This document shows positions 13,145 through 25,204 of a DNA stretch of 54,645 bases, piece by piece. Location: positions 24,169,933-24,224,577 of the forward strand of contig NC_057719.1 of NCBI RefSeq assembly GCF_004010195.1. The letters run 5' to 3'. Position 1 is the stretch's first letter. Each line of letters begins with the position of its first letter. Under the pieces are notes generated by a model that saw only the letters and a list, made by a program, of their open reading frames with translations, was not told where the DNA came from and did not search any database. Both the position numbers and the translations under genes were made by a program. This DNA is from Chiloscyllium plagiosum. Its lineage: Eukaryota.

Positions 13145-13625
13145 ATAGGAAGGACATTGTGAAACTTGAAAGGGTTCAGAAAAGATTTGCAAGAATGTTG
13201 CCAGGGTTGGAGGGTTTGACCTACAAAGGAGAGTGGGGCTGTTTTCCCTGGAACATCAGAGGCTGAGGGATGACCTTATAGAGGTTTATAAAATCATAAA
13301 GGTTATGGATATGGTAAATAGACATGGTCTTTTCCCCAGGTGGAGTCCAAAACTAGAGGGCATAGGTTTAGGGTGAGAGGGGAAAGATTTAAAAGGGACC
13401 TATGGGGCAACTTTTTCACGCGTGTATGGAATGAGCTGCCAGAGGAAGTAGTGGGGACTGGTACAATTACACCATTTAAAAGGGATCTGGATGTGTATAT
13501 AAATAGGAAGGGTGTAGAGGGATATGGGTTGAGTGCCGGCAAATGGGTCTAGATTAATTTATCTGTTCGGAACGGATGTGTTGGACCAAAGGGTCTGTTT
13601 CCATGCTGTACATCTCTATGACTCT
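13145..13625 (+). mobile_element. CR1 3' fragment
   Basis: ESKTRGHRFRVRGERFKRDLWGNFFTRVWNELP followed by a CR1-type 3' UTR. Confidence 0.9.
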
Positions 13626-13926
13626 AAATGAATAGCAAACATTGTAGATAATGATAAAACATTTACTTTGGAAAATATAACATTTTAGCAGTTTTAGTTC
13701 CGTTCAAAACTCCAATTACTTACAATAAATTAAATGACTTCTGCTTACAATCCAAAAGGTGTACATGTGCTATTCTGCAAAGGGAACAACTAGCAATTGC
13801 AAGAGAAAGGTCAATCACAGAGTTAAACTGACAAAGTTATTGAAACATCTGGGCTGAATTATAATATACAGAAGCAAGTGGTTTGGGTCCCATGGTAAAC
13901 TTACACAAAATGTCAATCATGCAACT

Positions 13927-15530
13927 ATTATGGACCAGGCCAGACCCCCTCAAAATATTTCAACAGACCCTAACTTTGCTAGTTGTTGTAAGCAGGCATA
14001 ACATGGATATGCAGTTGGTCAAACCACTTAGTTTTAAGACCATAAGACCATAAGACATAGGAGTGGAAGTAAGGCCATTCGGCCCATCGAGTCCACTCCG
14101 CCATTCAATCATGGCTGATGCGCATTTCAGCTCCACTTACCAGCGTTCTCCCCGTAGCCCTTAATTCCTCGAGACAACAAGAATCTATCAATCTCGGCCT
14201 GGAAGACATTTAGTGTCCCGGCTTCCACTGCACTCCGTGGCAATGAATTCCACAGGCCCACCACACTCTGGCTGAAGAAATGTCTCCGCATTTCTGTTCT
14301 GAAATGACCCCCTCTAATTCTAAGGCTGTGTCCACGGGTCCTAGTCTCCTCGTTTAACTGAAACAATTTCCTAGCATCAACCTTTTCCAAGCCATGTATT
14401 ATTTTGTACATCTCTATTAAGTCTCCCCTTAATCTTCTAAACTCCAACGAATACAATCCCACTATCCTCAGCCGTTCCTCATATGTTAGACCTAACTGCA
14501 TATCTCCCCAACCCTTTCCAGCTCTTAACTTCACTTTATGCCCCTATTGATCCGGGCATAAACTGCAAGCAACTGCACGCAATATTTCGGGGGAACCGAA
14601 TGAACAAATGAAATAAACGACTGGAGAAAGCCACAGAAACCTGTCGTTTCCAATAAAACATCTTTTGCTCAATCCTGCGCTGTGCACTTATCCTGAGCCC
14701 GATGCTCCAGTAATCTAGTGTCCGTGGCAGTAAAAGCTGCTCCGCGAGGATTAATCATAGAACAGCTGCATCTAAATGGATTGAATTGCTTGAAGATGTA
14801 GACCATGGGATTGAGCACTTTCACCCAAAACAGTGACTGCAGCAGTACAGAATGAACAGTGCAAATGTGAGTATTATATTGCGCAGTACCTCAGTGAAAT
14901 GGGAGGGTGGACGTTTAGGCAAGTTAGTTCTTGTGGGAGGGAGAGGTTACTCCGATAAAGGGTGGTTATGATATGTGAAACGCAAAGATGTGAGACAGCG
15001 GGTGTTTGAAGAAGGAAACTGATCACCACGAAGAGTATTTTTATGTAAAAAATAGATTGATTTTCCCAGACATCCACTGGGTTTCCCTGGTCTGACCTAC
15101 TTGTTACCTCTTCAAAAAATTCTAACAGGTTTGTCAGGCATGACCTCCCTTTACTAAATCCATGTTGACTTGTTCTAATCAGACTCTGCTCTTCCAAGAA
15201 TTTAGAAACCTCATCCTTAATGATGGATTCTAGAATTTTACCAACAACCAAGGTTAAGCTGATTGGCCTATAATTTTCCATCTTTTGCCTTGATCCTTTC
15301 TTGAACAAGGGGGTTACAACAGCCATCTTCCAATCATCCGGGACCTTTCCTGACTCCAGTGACTCTTGAAAGATCTCAACCAATGCCTCTGCTATTTCCT
15401 CAGCCACCTCTCTCAGAACTCTAGGGTGTATCCCATCGGGGTCAGGAGATTTATCAATTTAAATAAAACAGAATTTATTTACAAGATTACTGAATGCAAC
15501 ACAAACAAAAGAGAACAGAATACAGACTCA
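13927..15530. mobile_element. Probable LTR fragment (~13927-14037 and ~15460-15530) interrupted by a CR1 insertion
   Basis: The flanks read as one continuous sequence (...aaaccacttagttttaa | ataaaacagaatttatttacaag...) with TTTAA at both junctions. The LTR identity is from recall only. Confidence 0.45.
14038..15460 (-). mobile_element. Young CR1 copy, 5'-truncated, with its RT core replaced by unrelated sequence (14495-15069)
   Basis: Tail (GACCATAA)n at 14038. ORF2 C-terminus GLTYEERL...ENAGKWS, and upstream ORF2 MAEEIAEAL...GNPVDV. The intervening RT domains are missing. Confidence 0.88.
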
Positions 15531-16159
15531 ATGGTTGTATTTTTACAAAATAATTTTGCGTTAAATGAGTTTACATAACTATTATTGAGATCATTTTATT
15601 TTGAGTTACTAGCTACATGCCGGACAAACCATACTTAGGTTTAAGCAAAAAGGCTCATTTTCTACCAAAATATTCTGTGAAGTCACTGTAGAGTTTCAGA
15701 CTATAGCCAATGATCAAGCAACAGTTGCGAGTTGAGTAAACTCACATAACAGTAAAAACCAAGATGATAAGAGGGACACAAACACCTCTAACTCCAACAC
15801 AAAAATATAAACCTTTCCTTGAATAAACAGAAAGGACATAAAAGTCTGGCTCTGGTACTTTTACAGAACACACCATGGAGCACCTCTCCAGGGTAACCTT
15901 CTGGAGAGTTTTGCAATTTTAGCTTCTCAACATTTTTCATTTGTCCTCTTTGAAAAGTTCAGCAGCAAGGTCGCTCCTCACTGAAATGAAATAACCATGT
16001 GCAATGTATCTGCAAATGTTGTCTCAAAGCCAATCACAAATTCATAGCTTGTTAGGAAAAACAAAAATAGTATGGGGTTATCATTTTAAACTCCCAATCA
16101 CCACATGACATGGTGTGAAACTGATAATTCCATAATGTTACCAATGTAAAAATTAAGTT

Positions 16160-17205
16160 TAGAGTCATAGAGATGTACAGCATGGAAACCGACCCTTCAG
16201 TCCAACCAGTCCATGCCAACCTAACCTAGTCCCATTTGCCAGCATTTGGCCCATAACACTCTAAACCTTTCCTATTCATATACCCATCCAGATGCCTTTT
16301 AAATGTTGCAATTGTACCTGACTCCACCACTTCCTCTGGCAGCTCATTCCATTCACGTACCACCCTCTGTGTGAAAAGGTTACCCCATAGGTCTCTTTTA
16401 TATCTTTCCCCTCTCACCCTAAACCTATGCCCTCTAGTTCTGGACTCCCCGATCCCAGGGAAAAGATTTTGCCTATTTACATATCCGTGCCCCTCATAAT
16501 TTTGTTAACCTCAGCCTCCAACTCTCCAGTGAAAACAGCCCCAGCCTGTTCAGCCTCTCCCTATAGCTCAAATTCTCCAATCCTGGCAACATCCTTGTAA
16601 ATCTTTTCTGAACTCTTTCAAGTTTCACAACATCTTTCCAATAGGAAGGAGACCAGAATTGTACGCAATATTCCAACAGTGGCCTAACCAATGTCCTGTA
16701 CAGCTGCAACATGACCTCCCAACTCCTGTATTCAATACTCTGACCAATGAAGGAAAGCATACCAAACGTCTTCTTCACTATCCTATCTACCTGCGACTCC
16801 ACTTTCAAGGAGCTTTGAACCTGCACTCCAAGGTCTCTTTGTTCAGCAACACTCCCTACGACCTTACCATTAAGTGTACAAATCATGCTAAGATTTGCTT
16901 TCCCAAAATGCAGCACCTCGCATTTATCTGAATTAAACTCCATCTGCCACTTCTCAGCCCATTGGTCCATCTGGTCCAGATCCTATTGTAATCTGAGTTA
17001 ACCCTCTTCGCTGTCCACTACACCCCCAATTTTGGTGTCATCTGCAAACTTACTAACTGTACCTCCTATGCACACATCCAAGTCATTTATGTAAATAACA
17101 AAAAGCAGAGGACCCAGCACCAATCCTTGTGGCATTCCACTGGTCACAGGCCTCCAGTCTGAAAAACAACCCTCCACCACCAACCTCTATCTTCTACCTT
17201 TGAGT
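16160..17205 (-). mobile_element. CR1 ORF2 3' fragment
   Basis: [30 protein letters not shown] and [10 protein letters not shown]. Confidence 0.93.
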
Positions 17206-17392
17206 CAATTCTGTGTGTTTGATACGAGCTAATAAAACGCTTTCTGCATGTGGTAAACTGAAACGTGACTTTGAATTCAAGTGCTGTACAAGGGTGGTGG
17301 TAACATCGCTGACATTTTGAGTACCTGAGATCACTAGCCAGATGTTTTCGAGCAAATGACTGGCAAGGGAAAACAATGAGCTAGGTAATTAC

Positions 17393-18180
17393 TAAGAACA
17401 TAAGAACTAGGAGCAGGAATAGGTCGTCTGGCCTCTCAAGCCTGGTCTGCATTCAATAAGATCATGGCTGACCTTTATGTGGCTTCAGCTCCACTTACCC
17501 ACCCACTCACCATAACCCTTAACACTTTTACTGTTCAAAAAATTATCTTAGCTTTAAAAACATTTACTGAGTAAGCCTCAACCACTTCACTGGGCAGGAA
17601 ATTACACAGGACTGGATCTAGGTGGCTTGCTCCCTTGTTGATTTCATTACATATTGTTCAAGAAAATTATTGTGGATACATTCAATAAATTTCTCCTCAA
17701 GGATACCCTGACCAACCTGGTTTGACCAATCAACAAGTGGATTAAAATCCCCCATGATAACTGCCTTACTATTTTTACAGGCATTAGTTATTTCTTTGGT
17801 TATTGCCCGCCCCAATGTGATATTATTATTCAGTGGCCTATAGACTACACCTATCAATAACTTGTTATTCTTAAAATTTCTAATTTCCATCCAAATGAAT
17901 TCAACTTTATTCTCCATAGTACCTATACGATCTCTATACCACCCATACCACCCTGATGTCATCCTTAAATATCAGAGCTACACCACGTTCCTTACCTTCC
18001 TACCTTTCCTTCCAAACAGACTGATACCCCTGGATATTTGACTCCCAATCATGACCATCCTGCAATGGTTACTAAACCATATTCATTCGTGATGATTTGT
18101 GCCGTTAACTCACCTACCTTGTTATGAATGCTGTCGGCATGCAGGTAAAGTACCCTTATGCTAGTTTTTATACCCTCTTT
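17393..18180 (-). mobile_element. CR1 fragments (3' end joined to the AP-endonuclease region)
   Basis: ORF 17618-17962 has LIGVVYRP and VIMGDFN (APE domain). The tail taagaacataagaac is at ~17393. Confidence 0.8.
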
Positions 18181-18716
18181 ATGAATTCCAGACACGTGTC
18201 ACCCTCTGGATGGAAAAGCTTTTCTCATGTACTGCTGATCCTTCTAGCAATCATCTTAAAATCTGTGACTCCTGTTAAGTGACCCTGTATGAGGAGAAAC
18301 AGGCCCTCCCTGTCCATTTTATCTGACTGCCTCATTATTTTCACAACTTGATTAAGTCTCCTACTCTGAGAAAAATAATTTAGCTTATCCAATCTTTCCG
18401 CATAGCTGCAACTTTGAAGCCGTGGTATCATTTACAAGAACAAGATATATCCTAGGAATGCGTGGTGTTTGACGTAGTCAAATTTACAGAGTCATTGCTT
18501 AGGTAGACAGACAACAAACAGGCTTGGTCTGTGCTCTCTCAATCTTGGCACAAGCCTCCCACGTTAGGAAGGAGGACTTTGGACAGTCAATAGGGTGAGA
18601 CATACCATGGTCATTTCCAGTGCCTAGGCTGATGCCCAATAGTCTGGTTTCATTCGTTTCCTTAAACTTGATTGCAAGCATTTACATTTGGATGTAAAAG
18701 CATCATTTAAAGCAAC

Positions 18717-18939
18717 TAGGAGAAAGAGAGGACTGCAGATGCTGGAGAGTCAGAGTCAAAACGTGTGGCACTGGAAAAGTACAGCAGGTCAGGCAGCATC
18801 TGAGGAACAGAAGATTTGATGTTTTGGGCATAAGCCCCTCATCAGGAATGATGAAGAACTGATGCCCAAGATGTCGATTCTCCTGCTCCTCGGATGCTGC
18901 TTCACCCACTGTGCTTTTCCAGCATCACACTTTTCGACT
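18717..18939. mobile_element. Palindromic Penelope-terminus insert with 16-bp flanking direct repeat
   Basis: Inverted arms (cagcaggtcaggcagcatc / gatgctgcttcacccactg). CATCATTTAAAGCAAC at 18701-18716 and 18940-18955. Minus-strand CTGATGA-GGGGCTTATGCCC-AAAAC. Confidence 0.85.
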
Positions 18940-21801
18940 CATCATTTAAAGCAACCAAGCCTGGGCATAGGTGTTTCTGAAATTGCAATTAATAAAATAA
19001 ATTGGAGAGATTGCTATTTCAAACACTCAAAAGGTGATTTAACAGCAGTTAAATGGCTAAACAAATTGCAATTTTCCAAGAAAAATGTTAAATGGAACAT
19101 TTTGCTTTGTCTGCACATGATGTCTGAATATGAAAAGAATTGTTTGGAAATAAGCAAACTGAACACTAACAATCCTATCAACAAGTTATTTGAACTTGGG
19201 ACATTTTGAAATCCAGAAGAAATCAATGAAAATTTAATACTGTTTTATTCTTTCAAACATCACAAAAAAAACCTGCTAATCTTAGGGACCAATCTGGGAA
19301 TGTTTGATTTCTGTTTTAATATTATGTTTTATTGATCTGTAAAATTTCTTCAGCAGTCCTGAATGAGAGAGAAAGGTAATTAATCATATGTCCCACTTTG
19401 ATTAAAGGTAAACAGGAAAACTGCACCACAAAATGGGAATTGCAATAATTCACTCCATCTGGAGTACAACAAAATATATCAATCCACTGTTGATGTACCT
19501 TTATAGTGAAAGGAAAGCACGGGTGACAAGTTTCTCATAGAGATTTTTATGTCCTTGCTTACAAACTTTTAAGACAACTGAATTTGATGTCCAAGCCACT
19601 AAGTGAGAGGAGAATAAGCAAATACATTCATAGATTTCCCCTGCATCGTGTCCCACATGATCGCTCGAGAAGATTACCTGAAGGTCAAGAATGCTTGTCA
19701 GGTGGACAATTAAAAACACAACATGCAAAACTTCACTGCAAGTAGTAAGTGCGGTGGTGACAGCAAAATTTCCATTTCTTAGCCTGTCAGAAGGCAGAAG
19801 TTACAAATGAAATTAGTGGGTACTTTTCAATTTGTTCCATATGAAATTACTAGCAAAAAGGAGTGCATAGTGAAACAGTATGGTGACAGACATGCACAGC
19901 TATCTGACAAACACCAACAGGATAACATAAAATGATCAAAATGGCCACTAGATTGAGCAACTGATCCCAGCATAATCACAGCTCTGTGGAGAAAATGGCT
20001 TTAAAAACCAGAGTAGAATTAAATTCACCAACAGTTTCAACCTTTTTGAGTATTAAAGTAAAAGGGATCAGTGTTAGGCCGACTGAAGGCTAGGGACAGA
20101 TAGTACCAAACAAGAATTGTCCACAAGACAGATACATGGATGGGAAAGTTGGAGAATCTTTAAAGTCCATGAATAACCTATTGTTTTAAGTACAGGCTGT
20201 ATTTATGGGCAACAGCATGACTAAGTACAGCAAAGAATGTCTATATGAGGAAAGATAGTGCTGCAGTGCAACATTGCCTGACAAATTTTATTCAGTCTGA
20301 ATTCAAACTAGCAATTTTCGACAAACAGTCTACGTTAGCCCAGGATCTAACACCATAAAGTTTATGCCAGGCATTTGTAGGGGGAAAGCATCAGACTGGT
20401 TTATCCAAGTCAGTTTACATTTCCCAGTCTTGAAGATCAGTAAAGTCCATCCTGAGTGAAACTTCAGTTCTCTGATTTGCATGCGATTCGTGTCTGAGGG
20501 ATTAGTTAAAGAATTCAAGATGTCACAAGCAAGAAGAATACATAAGTGATGTTCTTCCTGACTGTGACATTGGTCAGTTTGACAGTGAAATAAATTCCAA
20601 GCAGGAAGAACTGTGTTTGTATCTATCCCTATTGTTGCAACTATGTTATGAATACAGTATGTGCCAATGGATAACAGAAGCCATTTTTAATAGTATACCT
20701 TAAAAACTAACAGCACTCGTGCAAAAGAACAAAATATATCATTGAGCAAAGTATTCTGTAGATGGGGAGTGCTAATCCAAATCTACTGTAATCTGATGTT
20801 TCTGGAAGTTTATAAAATCAAGAAATTAGGGAAACAAGTTTGTATTTTAGAAATAATTAGGTTAGTTAAAAAATAATTGTGAGAACTCGACAAGGATGTT
20901 TATTTGTCAAAAGGAAGCTCTAACAATTTGGACATTTAATAAACAGCACGTTTCAGATTAAGTGTAGGTTTTTCTCTGGAATTGGTAGGCATAGCATATG
21001 TTCTTCTTGGCAGAGAAAACATTTTCTTTCTCTCTTGCAAAGCACAAACATTCACTAGAAATGTTGAAGCCTCCGAATTCAGACTTCCATATTGACATTC
21101 CCATCCATGTTGACATTCCCATATTAGGATGATGTCTTGTATCCGCCTATCCAGGCAACTGACTGCTCAGAGCTAATAAATAACCATCAGTGGTTAAAGC
21201 AACATTGAGTGAAGTGATCAATAAACAGAAGTAACCACCTTGGATTTTTTAAACAAGTGATTAACAGACTAAACAACCAGGCCCAGAAATAAAGGTTGTT
21301 AATAAATTCTCGGTGATGGGGAGTAGTCCTCATTGGACAACTACCTACTTCAGACACAAGAACTAAGGAAGGTAAAGGGAGACCTGGGAAGTGTCCTGTA
21401 ACACTGCAGCTCAAGAGCAGAATGCTTCATTTGTAAACTACTGTGATCAACAGTATGTGAACCATGTTCATCTTCTGGGAGCACTGAACCATTCATCTGA
21501 CATGGGTTATATACCACTCCTGTGTATTTAAATCATGTATCATGCCTAAATTCTACTCCTTAACAAAATACCTTAAGATCAATAATGGGTCTTCTACTAC
21601 CTGTCTTAGGCAATATGATTTTCAGACCTGAAATCTTCTATTCAGCCAAGCACTGCAGTAATGGCTATCACCTTTTCACCAGACTTACATGTGTTTTCAT
21701 GGTGTACCCATGTAGATTGAAAAAACAAAGACATTTGTTACTGAACAAATTGATTGCACATGGCTTTCAGTTCAGAGGGCCAATGATAGGTATCATTAAA
21801 G

Positions 21802-21888
21802 CTGAAGAAGGGCCTGTGCCCGAAACGTCGAATCTCCTGTTCCCTGGATGCTGCCTGACCTGCTGTGCTGTTCCAGCAATAAAGTTTC
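21802..21888 (+). mobile_element. Minimal Penelope-terminus insert beginning at a hammerhead core
   Basis: CTGAAGA-A-GGGC-CTGT-GCCC-GAAAC-GTC. ATCATTAAAGCT is duplicated at 21792-21803 and 21889-21900. Confidence 0.85.
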
Positions 21889-22217
21889 ATCATTAAAGCT
21901 ATACAGCCTCTGAACAACTTTGAGATTATTGTGCTATTTGTTTGTCTAATTTAGTTTCTTTCACAATTTTTTTTTCACCAATGACAATTATGCTAGTGTC
22001 CGAAGACAATTATTTGCAAGACTACTAATTCTTTCAAAATGCCAAGAAGGCAAAAGTATTTAAACGACCTATCCATTGGGCATTGTCATGTTTTTGATTA
22101 CCGTTGGCAACCTGAGGAAAGAGCTATGAGGCATGCCATGAGTTGCCGTCACTAGAGACTACGCTGTCTTACCCCTGCAGTCCAACTCAGTATAGCTCCA
22201 AAGAGTGTAGTTACAAA

Positions 22218-22322
22218 CAATGCTCCCCCTAAGCTGTGCTCCAATGTTCGGCGCACAATAACTGGCATTCATACACCGATCTGACAATCAAGCAGCCAGT
22301 ATGAAAATTAGAGGGAATGCTG
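22218..22322. mobile_element. 105-bp hAT-type MITE
   Basis: Imperfect TIRs CAATGCTCCCCCTAA / TTAGAGGGAATGCTG. The 8-bp TSD is GTTACAAA (22210-22217) versus GTTACAAG (22323-22330). Confidence 0.75.
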
Positions 22323-22334
22323 GTTACAAGTGGC

Positions 22335-22860
22335 TGGAGATTTCAAGCAGAGTGAGTTTCATGAGTTATTAAATGTCAATATCTTTCTAAACATGTGACC
22401 TGTAGCACGTATTTAACTTTTTTTAGAAAACGGGATGAGCATTAAAGTCAGTTAAAGTAAGGTTCTCCTGCACTGGGATAAACAAGCTCATTCAAGAGTA
22501 AGTGATAGTTAATGAGGTAAACTGGTTCAGTCTAGTTCTTGCACTGTAGACCCAAAGAGTATAAATACAAATGGATTAGAGATTTCAAGCAGTATGAGTT
22601 TGGTGAATGGTGAGTTAGGAAAAGGGGAAGGAGGTGCCTATTCTGAACCTTTTTTTACTTACTTACTTCACCAACCCCAGTACTTGACTCCTACTTTTGT
22701 GCAGCAGGAGCTGGTTGATGAGTAACTGTTTTATTTGTAATAAATCATTGGTACAGTTAAAATATGGCAGAGCACTTCTGCCAAGTGGAACATACAGCCT
22801 GTGCAATATGGGAGCCCATGGATACACCACGCATCTGACACAAACACTTCTACAAGTATC
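22335..22860 (+). mobile_element. Degraded CR1 5' UTR and start of ORF1
   Basis: GAGATTTCAAGCAG..TGAGTTT is repeated (~22337, ~22579). The ATG at ~22764 gives MAEHFCQVEHTACAIWE, resembling the recalled Cys-rich CR1 ORF1 N-terminus. Confidence 0.5.
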
Positions 22861-22862
22861 TC

Positions 22863-23449
22863 TGAGAAAGTGTATAAGCAGGCTGGGAAAGAGTTAAGTT
22901 CTGAGTTTTGTGAAGAGATTCAGTTGAGCACAGGTAGGGCAAGAGTTATTTTCTGAGTTTTGTGAAACAAAAGGTTCAGCTGAGCATGACTCAGATCAGA
23001 TAAGATCTTACAGTTAACAATGGGGTGCTGGAGGCAAGGGTAACAGGTTAACAAGGTGGAAAAGCAGTCATTATGTACAGTCATTTAACAAGATGAGGTA
23101 GCATTCAGTACGTGAGGTCAGTTTAACAAGGTGTAAAGTATTAATATGTGAAGTAAGCTATTCATTGTGTAACAGCAGATGGCTTCATCTTCACTGTTGA
23201 CACTCGCTGATTGTAACGGTCATCCAATTAATATGTATGTTGCCTTATCTGGATGTTCCTCCCTGTAAAATGACTATATAGTTCATTCAGAAACTGCTGT
23301 TTCAGAGAAGACAGTGAACTCATGGTTCTGTGCACATGGGCAACCGTTCTCTCTCCCTCCAGGGCCGGGAATAAAGATAAAGAAGGTAAAACTACACTGT
23401 GTCTTTGAGCATTTTGCTTCGACTGAAGGGGGAAACAGGATGACAATAC
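22863..23449 (+). mobile_element. Endogenous-retrovirus-like 5' LTR
   Basis: TG start (approximate), U3 direct repeat TTCTGAGTTTTGTGAA (~22899, ~22951), TATATA at 23275, AATAAA at 23370, immediately followed by a PBS. Confidence 0.75.
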
Positions 23450-23467
23450 TGGCGTGGTTGGCAGAAT
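23450..23467 (+). other. Primer-binding site, tRNA-Ser-like
   Basis: TGGCGTGGTTGGCAGAAT matches 15/18 of TGGCGTAGTCGGCAGGAT, the complement of the vertebrate tRNA-Ser 3' end as recalled. Confidence 0.72.
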
Positions 23468-23688
23468 CAAAACAGATAGTTACAATCGGATGGTGTCAGC
23501 AGCTGTCCAGATCATCGCTATCTCGAGACAGATGGGCCCATAAGGTAAAGTTTTAAACCTTGGTACCTCTCGATATTCCTGCGTGCCGGAGATGGTCCCT
23601 TCGTTCAATCGCTCTCTGTTCTACAGATTCCTCAAACGGTAATTAGTTCATTCAAGAGACACAGTTTCGCAAGCGCATTAGCAGGCAG

Positions 23689-24090
23689 AGGTTAAGAGTC
23701 CTCTGCACGGTATTAGAGGAGGGGGGGGGAAGGTTGAGGTTTGAGTCCTCTGCGTGGTACTAGGGTTCGAGATCCCGGGGCGTGGGTGATGTGATTGAGA
23801 CTTGAGTCCCCTGCGTGGGTTAATTTGAGTTTAGAATCCTCTGCACAGTAATGGTGTTAGAGTCCCCTGGGATAGGTGTGATTGAAGTTCGAGTCCTCTT
23901 CATGGTTCTGGGGATCGAGTCTACTGGGTGGACTGATTTGAGGTTCAAGTCCTCTGCACTATGCTGAGGTTTGAGCTTTCTGTGCATAAGTGAGCTTCAA
24001 GCTCTCTGTGATTAAACAAATTTCAAGCTCTGTGTTTAATTGGGGTTCAGGCTTTCTGCATTTAAGTGGGATTTGGGTTCTCCGTATTTA
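23689..24090 (+). repeat. Degenerate tandem array (~14 units, mostly 25-35 bp) with core GGTTYRAGTCC
   Basis: Cores near 23691, 23738, 23764, 23801, 23829, 23856, 23887, 23913, 23942, 23968, 23995, 24021, 24044 and 24071. Confidence 0.8.
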
Positions 24091-25204
24091 AGTGAGGAGT
24101 AAAGTGAGAAAGGGGTTAAAGCCCCCCCACTGGCAAAATTTGAGGCTCTCTGAATCATTGTTCTGGGGGGATGAGAGTGGCTTGGCTTGTAGTGCCATGT
24201 GGTCTGCTGTGAGGGTTTTCTCTTTTCATAAGTGTCATTTCAGTGAGAGGATGCAAAAACAGAAATGCTGAAATTAAGGTTGTACTAATATTTGGGTTGA
24301 AAAAGGAAAGTTTCAATATAGATTGTGCCATGCTGAGAGGGTTTCATGTTTAAACATTTTGGTTTGTTAGAATACTGGTTCAGAAAATCCTTTTAAGTAA
24401 CTGTTTTGCCTTGTTTGAATCAGCATCACAATTCAGTGTGTTTGGTGGGCTGTATAATGGGGCAGATTTTGCTTGTACATTGAAATTGTACAGCATTATG
24501 TCCTCTTTAAAATGATCAAACTTGTAACCTTTAAACAAATTGATTTGAGTGCCTTGAGCCCCTGATTTGTTTCAAATCCTACAATGCTTGTTTAAAAAAA
24601 AACACAGTTGGGTCAATGCTCATGCTTTAGCCAGATGAAAGTATTGAACTAAAATATCCTTGCTGCTGTGTTTTTAATGCAGAGTGTTCACAAAAAGAAG
24701 AGTGCATTTTAAGTTTGATGCTGCTTCAGTTCTATTAATTGGCCTCCTTCATATTGTAAATTCAAAGAATGATCTCTACCAAAATTGCCACTGTAATTCA
24801 GACAGTTTATTTGGAAAACATATTTTTAAATATTCAGCATTTGTTTCCCATGAATATTTGAGTTTTAAATCCAAACTGAAACTGCCTCTTCAATTGCTAA
24901 AGCACAGGAAACATTGTTGTTTTCCTGCTGTTCCAGACTTTTGGAATATTTTTCCTGACAGCTTTCACATTAGCCAGGTATCAATTTGTTAAAGGAAATA
25001 ATATTTGAATAACCTGAACTGAGGCACCCCTGGGCTTGATTTTAGGACTATTGATTGTTGTTTATAATTGACTAATTGTTTAGGCAGTGCAATTTAGAAG
25101 TTTGTGGACTGTCTAAAACTTGATGTTGTTATAAATAGCAAACAGAGTAATAGACTTCAAGAATTCAAAGAACGTTGAAATAGGCAGACACAATTTGGAA
25201 GTTA

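Noticed and set aside
21084..21125. Short tandem duplication CCATRTTGACATTCCCAT
   Set aside because: Two-copy slippage-type duplication with no further structure.
22095..22200. Partial RFX-like half sites (GGCAAC, GTTGCC)
   Set aside because: They do not form a full X-box with proper spacing, and enhancer status cannot be supported without alignments.
23689..24090. CRISPR array or tRNA gene cluster
   Set aside because: The repeats are short and degenerate, the spacers resemble each other, there are no cas genes, and the context is vertebrate. Units are too short for tRNAs and show no cloverleaf.
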